Shown here in pieces: positions 39,359 to 48,464 of a DNA stretch of 64,000 nt. The notes under the pieces were generated by a model. It did not search any database and was not told where the DNA came from. It was given only the letters and a program-made list of their open reading frames with translations. Origin of the DNA: Rhodospirillales bacterium. Lineage in GTDB: Bacteria > Pseudomonadota > Alphaproteobacteria > Rhodospirillales > 2-12-FULL-67-15. Position 1 is the first letter of the stretch, and every line of letters begins with the position of its first letter. The stretch lies in assembly GCA_016872535.1 (NCBI GenBank), contig VGZQ01000002.1, positions 9,514-73,513 of the forward strand, read 5' to 3'. The translations under genes and the position numbers were made by a program.

Positions 39359-39386
39359 AGTATAGGCGCGCGCGCGCGCCTGTCAA
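39359..39386 (-). promoter_or_regulatory. sigma70 promoter of rpsD
   Basis: Minus strand TTGACA-GGCGCGCGCGCGCGCC(16)-TATACT, about 117 nt upstream of the ATG. Confidence 0.8.
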
Positions 39387-39407
39387 ACGCCGCAAGCCAC
39401 TGGAATC

Positions 39408-39971
39408 TCAGGTCGATTCCAGCTCGCTGTCCCAATAGAGGAAGTCGCGCCAGCTTTCGTGCAGGTAGTTGGGCGGGAAACCCCGGCCGTTTTCCTGCAA
39501 CTCGACGTTGGTCGGCGCGTACGGTTTGCGCCGGAGCGCGAGCCCGACCTCGTTCGGCAGGCGGCGGCCCTTGGTCATGTTGCACGGCTCGCACGCGGTC
39601 ACCACGTTCGACCAGACCGTGCGGCCGCCGCGCGAGCGCGGCACCACGTGGTCGAAGGTCAGGTGTTCGGTCGGAAAATGGCCGCCGCAGTACTGGCAGC
39701 GGAACCGGTCGCGCAGGAATACGTTGAACCGGGTGAACGCCGGCCGGCGCGAGACGGGCACGAATTCCTTGAGCGCGATCACGCTCGGCAACTGGATGCG
39801 CGCGCTCGGCGAGCGCACGACGCGGTCGTATTCGGAAATCACGCTGACGCGGTCGAGAAACACGGCCTTGACCGAATCCTGCCACGACCACAGCGACAAC
39901 GGGAAATAGCTGAGCGGCCGAAAGTCGGCGTTCAACACCAAGGCCGGGAAACTGTTGACGGCGATACTCAC
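39408..39971 (-). CDS. HNH endonuclease family protein (conserved alphaproteobacterial type)
   Basis: PALVLNADFRPLSYFPLSLW, PAFTRFNVFLRD, CQYCG, LTFDHVVPRSRGG, NVVTACEPCN. Confidence 0.93.
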   Translation of the reverse strand: MSIAVNSFPALVLNADFRPLSYFPLSLWSWQDSVKAVFLDRVSVISEYDRVVRSPSARIQLPSVIALKEFVPVSRRPAFTRFNVFLRDRFRCQYCGGHFPTEHLTFDHVVPRSRGGRTVWSNVVTACEPCNMTKGRRLPNEVGLALRRKPYAPTNVELQENGRGFPPNYLHESWRDFLYWDSELEST

Positions 39972-40043
39972 GTTGAACTCCCGCTCAGCATCCGGGGCAT
40001 ACTACAGGATGGCGGGGTGGTTGCAAATCGGAGCGGCGAGGGT

Positions 40044-40715
40044 TTACCGGCCGTCCGGGCGAAGGGTTTGCCGGAGAAATTCCTGGGCCAGTTTGATCCC
40101 TTCCTCGTCGATGCCGTGGGCCAGTCCGGGGCGCGTGTGGGCGCGCACCGCGACCTTGTTCGCCTCGAGCGCCTTCTTGGCGTGGTCGAGGGACTGCACG
40201 GGCACGATGGCGTCGGCGTCGCCGTGGACCAGCAATACCGGCGGGCGCGAGCGCAATTCGGTAGCGAGCGAATCGTCCCCGACCAGCATGCCCGAAAAGC
40301 CGACGATCCCGGCCAAGGTTTTCGCGCGGCGGAGCCCGACGTAGAGCGCCATCATGGTGCCTTGCGAAAAGCCGATCAGGGCCATGTCCTTGTCTTCGAG
40401 CCCGAAGACAGCGAGCAGATGGTCGATGAAATGGTCGAGGATCGGCGCCGCGGCCCGGGTGCCCTTGAGCCGCGCCTCGGGCCCGAAATCGCTGAGGCTG
40501 AACCACTGATAGCCGTAGGGCGCCATGTCGAACCGTTGCGGCGCGTTGGGGGAAAAGAACGCGGCTTCGGGCAACACCTGCTGAAAGAAGGGCGCGAGCC
40601 CGATCAGGTCATTGCCGTCGGCGCCGACGCCGTGCAGCAACAACACCAACTGGCGCGGCGGCCCGCCGGCGGCGGGCGGCAACGTCGGACCGGACAGCAA
40701 GGGAAGCTCGGGCAT
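40044..40715 (-). CDS. Phospholipase/carboxylesterase (alpha/beta hydrolase)
   Basis: LLHGVGADG.DL, YQWF, GFSQG, VHGDADAIVP, HGI. Confidence 0.92.
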   Translation of the reverse strand: MPELPLLSGPTLPPAAGGPPRQLVLLLHGVGADGNDLIGLAPFFQQVLPEAAFFSPNAPQRFDMAPYGYQWFSLSDFGPEARLKGTRAAAPILDHFIDHLLAVFGLEDKDMALIGFSQGTMMALYVGLRRAKTLAGIVGFSGMLVGDDSLATELRSRPPVLLVHGDADAIVPVQSLDHAKKALEANKVAVRAHTRPGLAHGIDEEGIKLAQEFLRQTLRPDGR

Positions 40716-40770
40716 GAACGAAGTGGTAGCCAATTTGGCCCGCTTCTGCCATCCCTTCCGGCGAGGAATC

Positions 40771-41607
40771 ATGACCATCGTCACCCGATTCGCGCCGAGC
40801 CCGACCGGCCTTTTGCACCTCGGCCACGCTTTCGCCGCCCTGTTCGCCGAAGCGCGCGCGCGCGAAGTGGGCGGGCGGTTCCTGCTCCGGATCGAGGACA
40901 TCGACCCGATCCGCTGCCGGCCCGAATTCGAGGCGGCGTTGGTGCAAGACCTGGCCTGGCTCGGGCTCGTTTGGGAAGAGCCGGTGCGGCGGCAATCGGA
41001 ACGCATGGCCGACTACCGCGCCGCGCTGGCCCGCCTCGAATCCGAAGGGCTCGTCTATCCCTGCTTCTGCACCCGGCGCGAGATCGCGGCGGAGATCGCG
41101 GCCGCCGCCGAGGCCCCTCACGGTCCCGACGGGCCGGTCTATCCCGGCATCTGCCGCGCGCTGACCGAGGCGGAACGGCGCGAACGGATCGCGACTGGAG
41201 TTCCGTTCGCGCTCCGGCTCGACATGGCCGAGGCGCTGCGCCGCGCGGGTCCGCTCGCCTGGACCGACCGCGCGCGCGGGCCGCAGGACGCGCGCCCCGA
41301 AATTTTCGGCGACGTGGTGCTGGCGCGCAAGGACACGCCCGCCAGCTATCACCTCGCCGTCACCGTCGACGACGCGCGCCAAGGCGTGACGCTGGTGACC
41401 CGGGGCGAGGACCTGTTCGCCGCCACCCACGTGCACCGTCTGTTGCAGGCGCTGCTCGGGTTGCCGGCGCCCGCGTATTTCCACCATCGGCTGCTGGTCG
41501 GCGCCGATGGGCAACGCTTCGCCAAGCGCGACCGGTCGCTCACCCTGCGCGCCCTGCGCGAAGCCGGGCACACGCCGGCGGAAGTGCGGACGATGGCGGG
41601 GTTTTGA
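40771..41607 (+). CDS. gluQ: Glutamyl-queuosine tRNA(Asp) synthetase
   Basis: RFAPSPTGLLHLGH, LRIEDID, YPCFCTR, YHLAVTVDD, VTRGEDL, RFAKRD; no anticodon-binding domain. Confidence 0.93.
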   Translation: MTIVTRFAPSPTGLLHLGHAFAALFAEARAREVGGRFLLRIEDIDPIRCRPEFEAALVQDLAWLGLVWEEPVRRQSERMADYRAALARLESEGLVYPCFCTRREIAAEIAAAAEAPHGPDGPVYPGICRALTEAERRERIATGVPFALRLDMAEALRRAGPLAWTDRARGPQDARPEIFGDVVLARKDTPASYHLAVTVDDARQGVTLVTRGEDLFAATHVHRLLQALLGLPAPAYFHHRLLVGADGQRFAKRDRSLTLRALREAGHTPAEVRTMAGF

Positions 41608-41691
41608 CGGAACTACGGCAAGCAAAGTAAATTCACGCAATAGGCGATTTTAGTGGTGATAATCCCTATCCTTTTAACCGAATAATTATGA

Positions 41692-41913
41692 GCGGTAGAA
41701 AATTCAAGCTCGAGCCGGTCGCGGCTTCGTTTCCAGGTGTTGAAACGAGACGACTTCCGCTGCCGCGCGTGCGGCGCCAACCCACCAACCTCGCCGGGAC
41801 TTCGCCTGCATGTTGACCACATCGTGCCATGGAGCAAAGGCGGAGAAACCATAATGGACAATCTCCAAACCCTTTGCGAACGGTGCAACTTGGGCAAGAG
41901 CAATACGCTTTAA
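41692..41913 (+). pseudogene. HNH endonuclease domain remnant (5' truncated or very short ORF)
   Basis: Not in ORF track. The frame reads RLRFQVLKRDDFRCRACG...LHVDHIVPWSKGGETIMDNLQTLCERCNLGKSN*; in-frame TGA at 41689-41691 upstream; only GTG 41737 or TTG 41740 could serve as start. Confidence 0.75.
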
Positions 41914-41955
41914 CGGGCTATCGCCGCCAAGCTAAGCGGTTGCGCCTTTGTCGGC

Positions 41956-41986
41956 TTGAATAATTATGTGAAATAACACATAATTA
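41956..41986 (+). promoter_or_regulatory. Promoter and inverted-repeat operator of the TA operon
   Basis: TTGAAT-N17-CATAAT overlapped by TAATTATGTG-aaataa-CACATAATTA (10-bp arms, 41961-41986). Confidence 0.75.
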
Positions 41987-41992
41987 AACATA

Positions 41993-42361
41993 ATGCGGGA
42001 CTACGCCGAACCGAAGCCGTTGATTTGGCGCGCGACCTCGAAGGCGGACTTCATGGCTTTTCCGGCGACCGTGCAACGCGAGATGGGATACGCGCTCTTT
42101 CTCGCACAAATGGGCAAGCGTCATCCGATCATGGCGAAGACGCTGAAAGGCTTTGGCGGCGGCACGGTGATGGAGGTCAGGGAGAGCCATCAGGGTGACG
42201 CATATCGCGCCGTTTATACGGTGCGACATGCCGATGCAATCTATGTCCTTCATGCCTTTCAAAAGAAGTCGAAGAAGGGCGTTGCGACGCCGAAGGCCGA
42301 CATGGCGCTGGTCCGAAAGCGATGGGCCGATCTGATCGCAGACATGGAGAAGCGAAGATGA
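41993..42361 (+). CDS. RelE/HigB-like type II toxin (Gp49/DUF891 type)
   Basis: FP..VQREMGYALFLAQMG, LKGFGGGTVMEV, YRAVY.VR...IYVLHAFQKKSK.G..TP; toxin precedes antitoxin. Confidence 0.88.
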   Translation: MRDYAEPKPLIWRATSKADFMAFPATVQREMGYALFLAQMGKRHPIMAKTLKGFGGGTVMEVRESHQGDAYRAVYTVRHADAIYVLHAFQKKSKKGVATPKADMALVRKRWADLIADMEKRR

Positions 42362-42699
42362 CCCGAATTCCCACGGCGAAAGACCCGACTCGGAACGTCT
42401 GGCTGCAGCTCGGGCTGCCCGACGCCGAAGAGCATTATCTCAAGGCTGAGTTGGTTTTTAGGCTCGACAAAACGATCAAGGTCCTCGGCCTGACGCAGCA
42501 TGCGGCGGCGCGTAGGCTCCGTACCACCCAACCCGAGTTGTCGAAGATTCTCCGGGGTAAGTTTTCCGAAGTTTCCCTGGAACGACTGATGCGTTTCCTG
42601 ACGGCCTTGGGTCAACGCATCGAAATCAAGATTGGTGCGGCAAAGAAAGGCGAACCCGGCGAAGTGGTGATCGGAGATATTCGCCGACGCGCGGCTTGA
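42358..42699 (+). CDS. HigA-like XRE/HTH antitoxin
   Basis: ATGA overlap; NVWLQLGLPDAEE..LKAEL, LTQHAAARRL.TTQPELSKILRGK...SLERLMRFL. Confidence 0.9.
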   Translation: MTRIPTAKDPTRNVWLQLGLPDAEEHYLKAELVFRLDKTIKVLGLTQHAAARRLRTTQPELSKILRGKFSEVSLERLMRFLTALGQRIEIKIGAAKKGEPGEVVIGDIRRRAA

Positions 42700-43494
42700 T
42701 TATCGCGTTGGCGTGAACTGCTCGGGGTGACTGGCGTCGATCATCGGACCGTCCTTGAAGCGCAGCCAGCCGCGCACCTCGACCCGTTCGCCTTTGAATG
42801 TCAGCGGATCGACTCCGGCCGCGCGAAAGAGCTTGAGCGCCGCGCCGTCGAGCCGGACGGTGAAATCGGTCCGCCAATCGGGACCGAAGTTGAGGAACAC
42901 CGCGTTCTTGACCTTGACCGCGTCGACCACGGTCCCGGCGACGATCTGGAAAGTATCGAGATCGCCCTTGAGTCCTTCGGGCGCGCGCACCGCATAGAAC
43001 GGGTGCGCCCAGATGCCGCGCCGCGCGGCGCGCGCCTCGGCCTCCAGGGCGTACATTTCGGCGGCGCGCGCGCGGTTGTCGGGAAACGTATAGACCCGGG
43101 CCTGGCCCTGCCTCAGCATTTCGCCCTGCACCCACAAGCCGTCGGCGCGATGGAGGTGTGCCAGCACGCGGCCGTGGCGGTCTCGGTTGGCGCCACCGTG
43201 GCGAAGGATCACGCGCTGACCGACCACGAGCGCGGCGACGGCGCGCTTCGAGTCTTCCGCCAACGGCCAGTCCTTGAAGTTCCTGCGGCCGAGGGCGAGT
43301 TTCGGCGCCTGCAGACCGACCAGGCGCACCTCGCGCCCGTCGGCGAGAAGGACCGTATCGCCGTCCACCGCCTCGCGCACGATTTCCTCGCCGCCCGCGA
43401 CCAAATCTTCGCCGGCGCGCGCGTCCGCGAACGGAAGCGCCGCCGCGACCAAGGCGAGAACGGCAACGAGCGCAAATAACCATCGGCGCGACAT
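42700..43494 (-). CDS. Exported thermonuclease (SNase) family protein
   Basis: Signal peptide; AVDGDT, VRLVGLQAP, DRHGRVLAH, QGEML..GQARVY, EAEARAARRGIW. Confidence 0.9.
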   Translation of the reverse strand: MSRRWLFALVAVLALVAAALPFADARAGEDLVAGGEEIVREAVDGDTVLLADGREVRLVGLQAPKLALGRRNFKDWPLAEDSKRAVAALVVGQRVILRHGGANRDRHGRVLAHLHRADGLWVQGEMLRQGQARVYTFPDNRARAAEMYALEAEARAARRGIWAHPFYAVRAPEGLKGDLDTFQIVAGTVVDAVKVKNAVFLNFGPDWRTDFTVRLDGAALKLFRAAGVDPLTFKGERVEVRGWLRFKDGPMIDASHPEQFTPTR

Positions 43495-43668
43495 GGATAG
43501 ATCGTAGCTCGCCCGGGCCCGAGCGCAACACGGCGGATGTAACCAATCGCTAACCATCGACGGTGATTTTCGTGGATCGATTCCATTATTCCGCCATAAT
43601 CCCGGGCCATTATCGGGCTAGCGGCGCTCACGCCATTGCCCGCCGCCGCCCATCGCTTCGTTGTCGCC

Positions 43669-44697
43669 ATGCCTGGTCCGTTGCCGATCCGTCTTTCGAT
43701 CCTGCTCGCGGCGCTCGCGATCGCGCCCGGCGTCGCGCGCGCGGAGATGGCCATCCCGAACGGCACCTGGACGCTGCTGATGGAAAACGACCGCTTCGCG
43801 GATACCGACCGGCATTACACCCACGGCACCCGGCTCGCCTGGGTGTCGGACAAGACCGGCACCGGACCCGGTTGGGTGCGCGACCTGTTGGGCCGAGCCT
43901 ATCCCTTCGCCGACGTGCGCGGCGGGCGGATCGGCTTCGCCCTCGGCCAGAACATCTACACGCCCGAAAACATTTCGCGCAGCGACCTGATCGTCAACGA
44001 CCGGCCCTACGCCGGCTGGCTCTACGGCGCGGCCTCCGTGCACGCCGAGACGCGGCAGAACCTGCTCGGCCGGAAGCTCGACGTGCTCGACACCGTCGAG
44101 ATGCAGCTCGGCATGATCGGGCCGCTGTCGCTCGCCGAGCCGACCCAGAAAACGGTGCACGAACTGATCGACACCACCCGGCCGCGCGGCTGGAGCCACC
44201 AGCTCGACACCGAGCCGGGCATCGCGCTGCTCGCCGAGCGCAAATGGCGCACGCCGGAAACGAAACTCGGCGCGGGCAGAATCGCGTTCGACGTCATTCC
44301 CCATCTCGGCGCGGCGCTCGGCAACGTCTATACCCACGTCAACGCCGGGGCGATGGCGCGTATCGGGCGCAACCTCGCCTTCGATTACGGTCCGCCCCAT
44401 ATCCAACCGGCGCTGTCGGGGTTGGAGGCGATCGATTCGGGAGGCGAGGTCGGCTGGTACCTGTTCGCCGGCGTCGAGGGCCGCGCGGTCGGGCGCAATA
44501 TCTTTCTCGACGGCAACACGTTTTCCGACAGCCACAGCGTCGATAAGCACACCCTGGTCGGCGATTTTCAGGTCGGCGCCGCGCTCGTCGCCGGGCGCTT
44601 CCGTATCGCCTACACCCACGTGTTCCGGACCCGCGAATTCGAAAACCAGAACGAACCCGACCGGTTCGGCGCCGTCAGCATCTCCGCCCGATTCTGA
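43669..44697 (+). CDS. Lipid A deacylase LpxR family outer-membrane protein
   Basis: Signal peptide; MENDRF..TDRHYTHG, GQNIYTP, RPYAGWL, GWSHQL, RNIFLDGNTF, C-terminal Phe. Confidence 0.88.
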   Translation: MPGPLPIRLSILLAALAIAPGVARAEMAIPNGTWTLLMENDRFADTDRHYTHGTRLAWVSDKTGTGPGWVRDLLGRAYPFADVRGGRIGFALGQNIYTPENISRSDLIVNDRPYAGWLYGAASVHAETRQNLLGRKLDVLDTVEMQLGMIGPLSLAEPTQKTVHELIDTTRPRGWSHQLDTEPGIALLAERKWRTPETKLGAGRIAFDVIPHLGAALGNVYTHVNAGAMARIGRNLAFDYGPPHIQPALSGLEAIDSGGEVGWYLFAGVEGRAVGRNIFLDGNTFSDSHSVDKHTLVGDFQVGAALVAGRFRIAYTHVFRTREFENQNEPDRFGAVSISARF

Positions 44698-44734
44698 TTG
44701 CGCCCTGCCCGACGGTGCGGATTAAATTGGAGCC

Positions 44735-46225
44735 ATGCCCGGACCCCTTTCCCGCGTCGCTTTCGCCTTCGTTCTCGCCGGCGCGCTCGCGCCGCTCGCG
44801 GCCTGCACCGTCAATCCCGCGACCGGGCAGCAGAGCTTCACCGGCTTCATGTCGGAAAGCGAAGAGCTGCGCGTCGGCGCCCAGGAGCATCCCAAGATCC
44901 TGCGCGAATTCGGCGGCGCCTACGACAATCCGGCGCTCGCCGATTACGTGCGGCGGGTCGGGGAATCGCTCGTGCGCGTCTCGGAAACGCCGAACCTTCG
45001 CTATACTTTCACTGTTCTCAATGACGACAAGGTCAACGCCTTCGCGCTGCCCGGCGGTTACGTCTACATCACCCGCGGCCTGCTCGCGCTCGCCGAAAAC
45101 GAAGCCGAAATGGCGGGGGTGCTCGCCCACGAAATCGGCCATGTGGTCGCCCGCCACACCGCCCAGCGCTACAGCCAGGCGATGGCCGCCAACATCGGCC
45201 TGACCGTCCTCGGCGTGCTCGGTCAGGCCGCCGGCGTGCCGGGCGCCGCCTCCGACCTCGCCCAATTCGGCGCCGCCGCCGCGCTGCAAAGCTATTCGCG
45301 CGAGCAGGAATTGGAATCGGACATGCTCGCGGTCCGCTACATGGTCCGGACCGGCTACGCGCCCGGGGCCATGAACAGCTTCTTCCGCAAGATGGAGGCC
45401 AACGACCGCCTGCTGGCCGAACTGGAAGGGCGGCCCGGCGGCGACGACCGCTACAACATCATGTCGACGCACCCGCGCACGTCGCAGCGCATCGACCAGG
45501 CGATCGCGCTGGCCCAGGTCAATTCGGCGCCCGGTCTCCGTTACGAACGCAAGGCCTTCCTCGACCGCATCGACGGCATGACCTTCGGCGACGATCCCCG
45601 CCAGGGTATCCGGCGCGGCCGCGAGTTCGTTCACCCCGAACTGCGCTTCCGCTTCACCGTGCCGCAGGGGTTCGCGCTGTTCAACTCGCCGCGCCAGGTG
45701 ATCGCGCGCGGGCCGCAGCAATCGCTGATCGTTTTCGACATGGAATCCGAAGCCAAGGCGCGCGCCGCCGGCCCGCTCGACCGCTACCTGACCCACGAGT
45801 GGGGCGCGCGGTTCGCGCTGCGCGACGTCGAACCCATTACCGTCAACGGCCTGTCCGGCGCGACCGGCCGGACGCGGGTGCAAACCCGGAACGGCGTGAT
45901 GGACCTGCGCCTGGTGGCCATGCGCGCGGACGCGGCGCGGATCTATCGCATGGTGTTCGTGACGCCGCCCCGGTTGACCGATTCGCTCCGCACCGAGTTG
46001 CAGCGCACCACCTATTCGTTTCGCCTGTTGACGCCGGCCGAGGCGGCGGGGGTCAAGCCGCTGCGCATCGCCCTGGTTACCGCCAAGGCGGGCGACACCG
46101 CCGAATCGCTCGCGGCGCGCATGCCGTTCCCGGACCACAGGCTCGAATGGTTCGAGACCCTGAACGGCCTCGCCCGCGGGCAACCGCTGGTGCCGGGCGA
46201 AACCTTCAAGACGGTCGTCGAATAA
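44735..46225 (+). CDS. M48 family Zn metalloprotease lipoprotein with C-terminal LysM-like region
   Basis: Lipobox LAAC; VNAFALPGG, LAHEIGH, YSREQELESD, STHP, GDTAESLA. Confidence 0.9.
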   Translation: MPGPLSRVAFAFVLAGALAPLAACTVNPATGQQSFTGFMSESEELRVGAQEHPKILREFGGAYDNPALADYVRRVGESLVRVSETPNLRYTFTVLNDDKVNAFALPGGYVYITRGLLALAENEAEMAGVLAHEIGHVVARHTAQRYSQAMAANIGLTVLGVLGQAAGVPGAASDLAQFGAAAALQSYSREQELESDMLAVRYMVRTGYAPGAMNSFFRKMEANDRLLAELEGRPGGDDRYNIMSTHPRTSQRIDQAIALAQVNSAPGLRYERKAFLDRIDGMTFGDDPRQGIRRGREFVHPELRFRFTVPQGFALFNSPRQVIARGPQQSLIVFDMESEAKARAAGPLDRYLTHEWGARFALRDVEPITVNGLSGATGRTRVQTRNGVMDLRLVAMRADAARIYRMVFVTPPRLTDSLRTELQRTTYSFRLLTPAEAAGVKPLRIALVTAKAGDTAESLAARMPFPDHRLEWFETLNGLARGQPLVPGETFKTVVE

Positions 46226-46238
46226 GGAAAGCCCGGAC

Positions 46239-46859
46239 ATGGATCTATTGATCGAGGGTTACCGCCGCTTTCGCGCCCGCACCTGGGACCGCCAGCGAAC
46301 CCGCTTCCGGGCGCTCGCCGACAGCGGCCAACGGCCGCAAGCCCTCGTCGTCGCCTGCGCCGATTCGCGGGTCGATCCGCAAATGATCTTCGATGCCGCG
46401 CCGGGAGAGCTGTTCGTCGTCCGCAACGTCGCCAACCTCGTGCCCCCCTATATGCCGGACAAGAAGCTGCACGGCACCAGCGCCGCGCTCGAATTCGGCG
46501 TTCGTGCCCTCGCCGTTCCGAATTTGATCGTGATCGGCCACGCCATGTGCGGGGGCATCCAGGCGCTGCTTCAGGGGGCGCCGAAGGAAACGCCCGATTT
46601 CGTCGAATCCTGGGTGGCGATCGCCGATCCGGCGCGCCAAGCGGTCAGCCAAACGCCGGCGGCCGACCGCCAACAGGCCTGCGAACACGAAGCCATCCGG
46701 TTGTCGCTCAGAAATCTCGACACGTTCCCGTGGATTCGGGACAGGGTCGCCGCCGGCCGGCTGCGACTCGACGGTTATTACTTCGATATCCGTTCGGGGA
46801 TTCTGATGCGCCTCGGCGCCGACGGCGTTTTCGCGCCCGTCCCCATAGACGCCGAATAA
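46239..46859 (+). CDS. Beta-class carbonic anhydrase
   Basis: ACADSRV, FVVRNVANLVPP, GHAMCGG. Confidence 0.95.
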   Translation: MDLLIEGYRRFRARTWDRQRTRFRALADSGQRPQALVVACADSRVDPQMIFDAAPGELFVVRNVANLVPPYMPDKKLHGTSAALEFGVRALAVPNLIVIGHAMCGGIQALLQGAPKETPDFVESWVAIADPARQAVSQTPAADRQQACEHEAIRLSLRNLDTFPWIRDRVAAGRLRLDGYYFDIRSGILMRLGADGVFAPVPIDAE

Positions 46860-46862
46860 CGC

Positions 46863-47498
46863 TTACGTTCCGGCGAGCAGGTTTTCCAGCTTCTGGGTCG
46901 CCTGGGCGACGTCGACGCGCTCGACCGCCGCCAATTCGGCGGCGAGGCGGTCGCGCGCGGCCTCGTAGATCTGCCGCTCGCTGAACGACTGGTCGGGCTG
47001 GCCGACGTTGCGGTGCAAATCGCGCACCACCTCGGCGATGGCGATGGGATCGCCGGAATTGATCTTGGCCTCGTACTCCTGGGCGCGGCGGCTCCACATG
47101 GTGCGCTTGACGCGGGCGCGACCCTTGAGGGTGGCCAGCGCGGCTTCCATGTGCTTGCGCGAGCTCAATTTGCGCAGCCCCGAGGTCGCGACCTTGACGA
47201 TCGGAACCTTGAGCGTCATGCGGTCGCGTTCGAAGGAAATCACGAACAGTTCCAGCTTGTGGCCGGCGATTTCCTGCGCCTGGATTTCCTGGATCAAGCC
47301 GACGCCATGGGTCGGATAGACCACGTGATCGCCGACCTTGAACAGGATGTCGGCCTTTTTGACCGGCGTCTTGCTCGCGGCCTTGGCCGCGGGAGCGGCC
47401 GGTTTTGCCGGCGCGGCCTTCGTCCGGGCCGGGGCGGGCTTGGCTTTGGTTTTCGCTGCCGGCTTGGATGCCTTCGCGGGTTTTTTCTTGGTCGTCAT
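46863..47498 (-). CDS. carD: CarD/CdnL family transcription factor with Lys/Ala/Pro-rich N-extension
   Basis: FKVGDHVVYPTHGVG, MWSRRAQEYEAKINSGD, EQ/ERQIYEAA; start at ATG 47498. Confidence 0.93.
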   Translation of the reverse strand: MTTKKKPAKASKPAAKTKAKPAPARTKAAPAKPAAPAAKAASKTPVKKADILFKVGDHVVYPTHGVGLIQEIQAQEIAGHKLELFVISFERDRMTLKVPIVKVATSGLRKLSSRKHMEAALATLKGRARVKRTMWSRRAQEYEAKINSGDPIAIAEVVRDLHRNVGQPDQSFSERQIYEAARDRLAAELAAVERVDVAQATQKLENLLAGT

Positions 47499-47664
47499 GG
47501 ATCGGAACGGTGGGTGGAGGGGGCGCTCAGGCTGCTCGTAAAAACAACGCCTTCCGGCGAGAAACCGGTCGGCGTCCAAAGCGGACGCTATCACATTTTC
47601 AAGCCGAAATACAGGGCGAGCGGGGAAAAACGCGCCGCGACGCAACGCGCAAGCGATGGATGCG

Positions 47665-48000
47665 TCAGGCCTTCTTGCCCGGATTGGGGCTGAAGTATTG
47701 CGCCTTGTCTTTCTTGTCTTTCCACTCGTCCGCGTCGGCCGGTGGCGTTCCCTTGCGGGTGATGTTGGGCCACTTGGTCGAGTATTCGCGGTTGATCTCC
47801 AGCCACTTGTCGATTCCCTTTTCGGTGTCGGGAACGATGGCCTCGACCGGGCATTCGGGCTCGCATACCCCGCAGTCGATGCATTCGTCGGGATGGATGA
47901 CCAGGAAGTTCTCGCCCTCGTAGAAGCAGTCGACGGGGCAAACCTCGACGCAATCCTGCAATTTGCACCTGATGCAGCTTTCGGTGACGACGTAAGTCAT
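47665..48000 (-). CDS. fdxA: Ferredoxin ([3Fe-4S]/[4Fe-4S] FdI type)
   Basis: [41 protein letters not shown]. Confidence 0.96.
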   Translation of the reverse strand: MTYVVTESCIRCKLQDCVEVCPVDCFYEGENFLVIHPDECIDCGVCEPECPVEAIVPDTEKGIDKWLEINREYSTKWPNITRKGTPPADADEWKDKKDKAQYFSPNPGKKA

Positions 48001-48149
48001 GCGCTAGTTGTCCTTCACAAGGCCCCTCCCGCGGGCGCGCAGCGCCCGGACGGCGCGCCTTGCTATCACATCCGCCCGGACCGGGACAACCCCGATGGCC
48101 CGCGGAATGCGCGCCGCGCATGGGAGCACTGCCGAAGGGCGGGGCCCGC

Positions 48150-48461
48150 TTATTCCTTATTCCTGGCCGGGGCATCCGGCGCGGCCGGCGCGATCTCCTG
48201 GTACATGGCGGCGGCCTCGGCCGCCGGGCCCCGGCGGGTACCCAGTCCCCGAATGCGGACGACGCGCAGTCGTCCGCCGACGACGAACGTGAGCACATCG
48301 CCTTCCTTGATCGCATGGCTGGCCTTGGCGATGGACGCCGCGTTGACCCGCATGCGGCCGGCCGAGCAATAATGGGCGGCGGCCGTACGGCTTTTGAACA
48401 AGCGCGCGAACCACAGCCACTGATCGATCCGGCGCGTCGAAGCGGACTTGGTCTCGACCAC
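48150..48461 (-). CDS. hslR: RNA-binding S4 domain protein (Hsp15)
   Basis: RIDQWLWFARLFKSR, GTRRGPAAEA. Confidence 0.88.
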   Translation of the reverse strand: MVETKSASTRRIDQWLWFARLFKSRTAAAHYCSAGRMRVNAASIAKASHAIKEGDVLTFVVGGRLRVVRIRGLGTRRGPAAEAAAMYQEIAPAAPDAPARNKE

Positions 48462-48464
48462 GTT

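Noticed and set aside
41688-41737. Programmed +1 frameshift joining ATG 41688 to the HNH frame
   Set aside because: No recognisable slippery site or SD; truncation is the simpler explanation.
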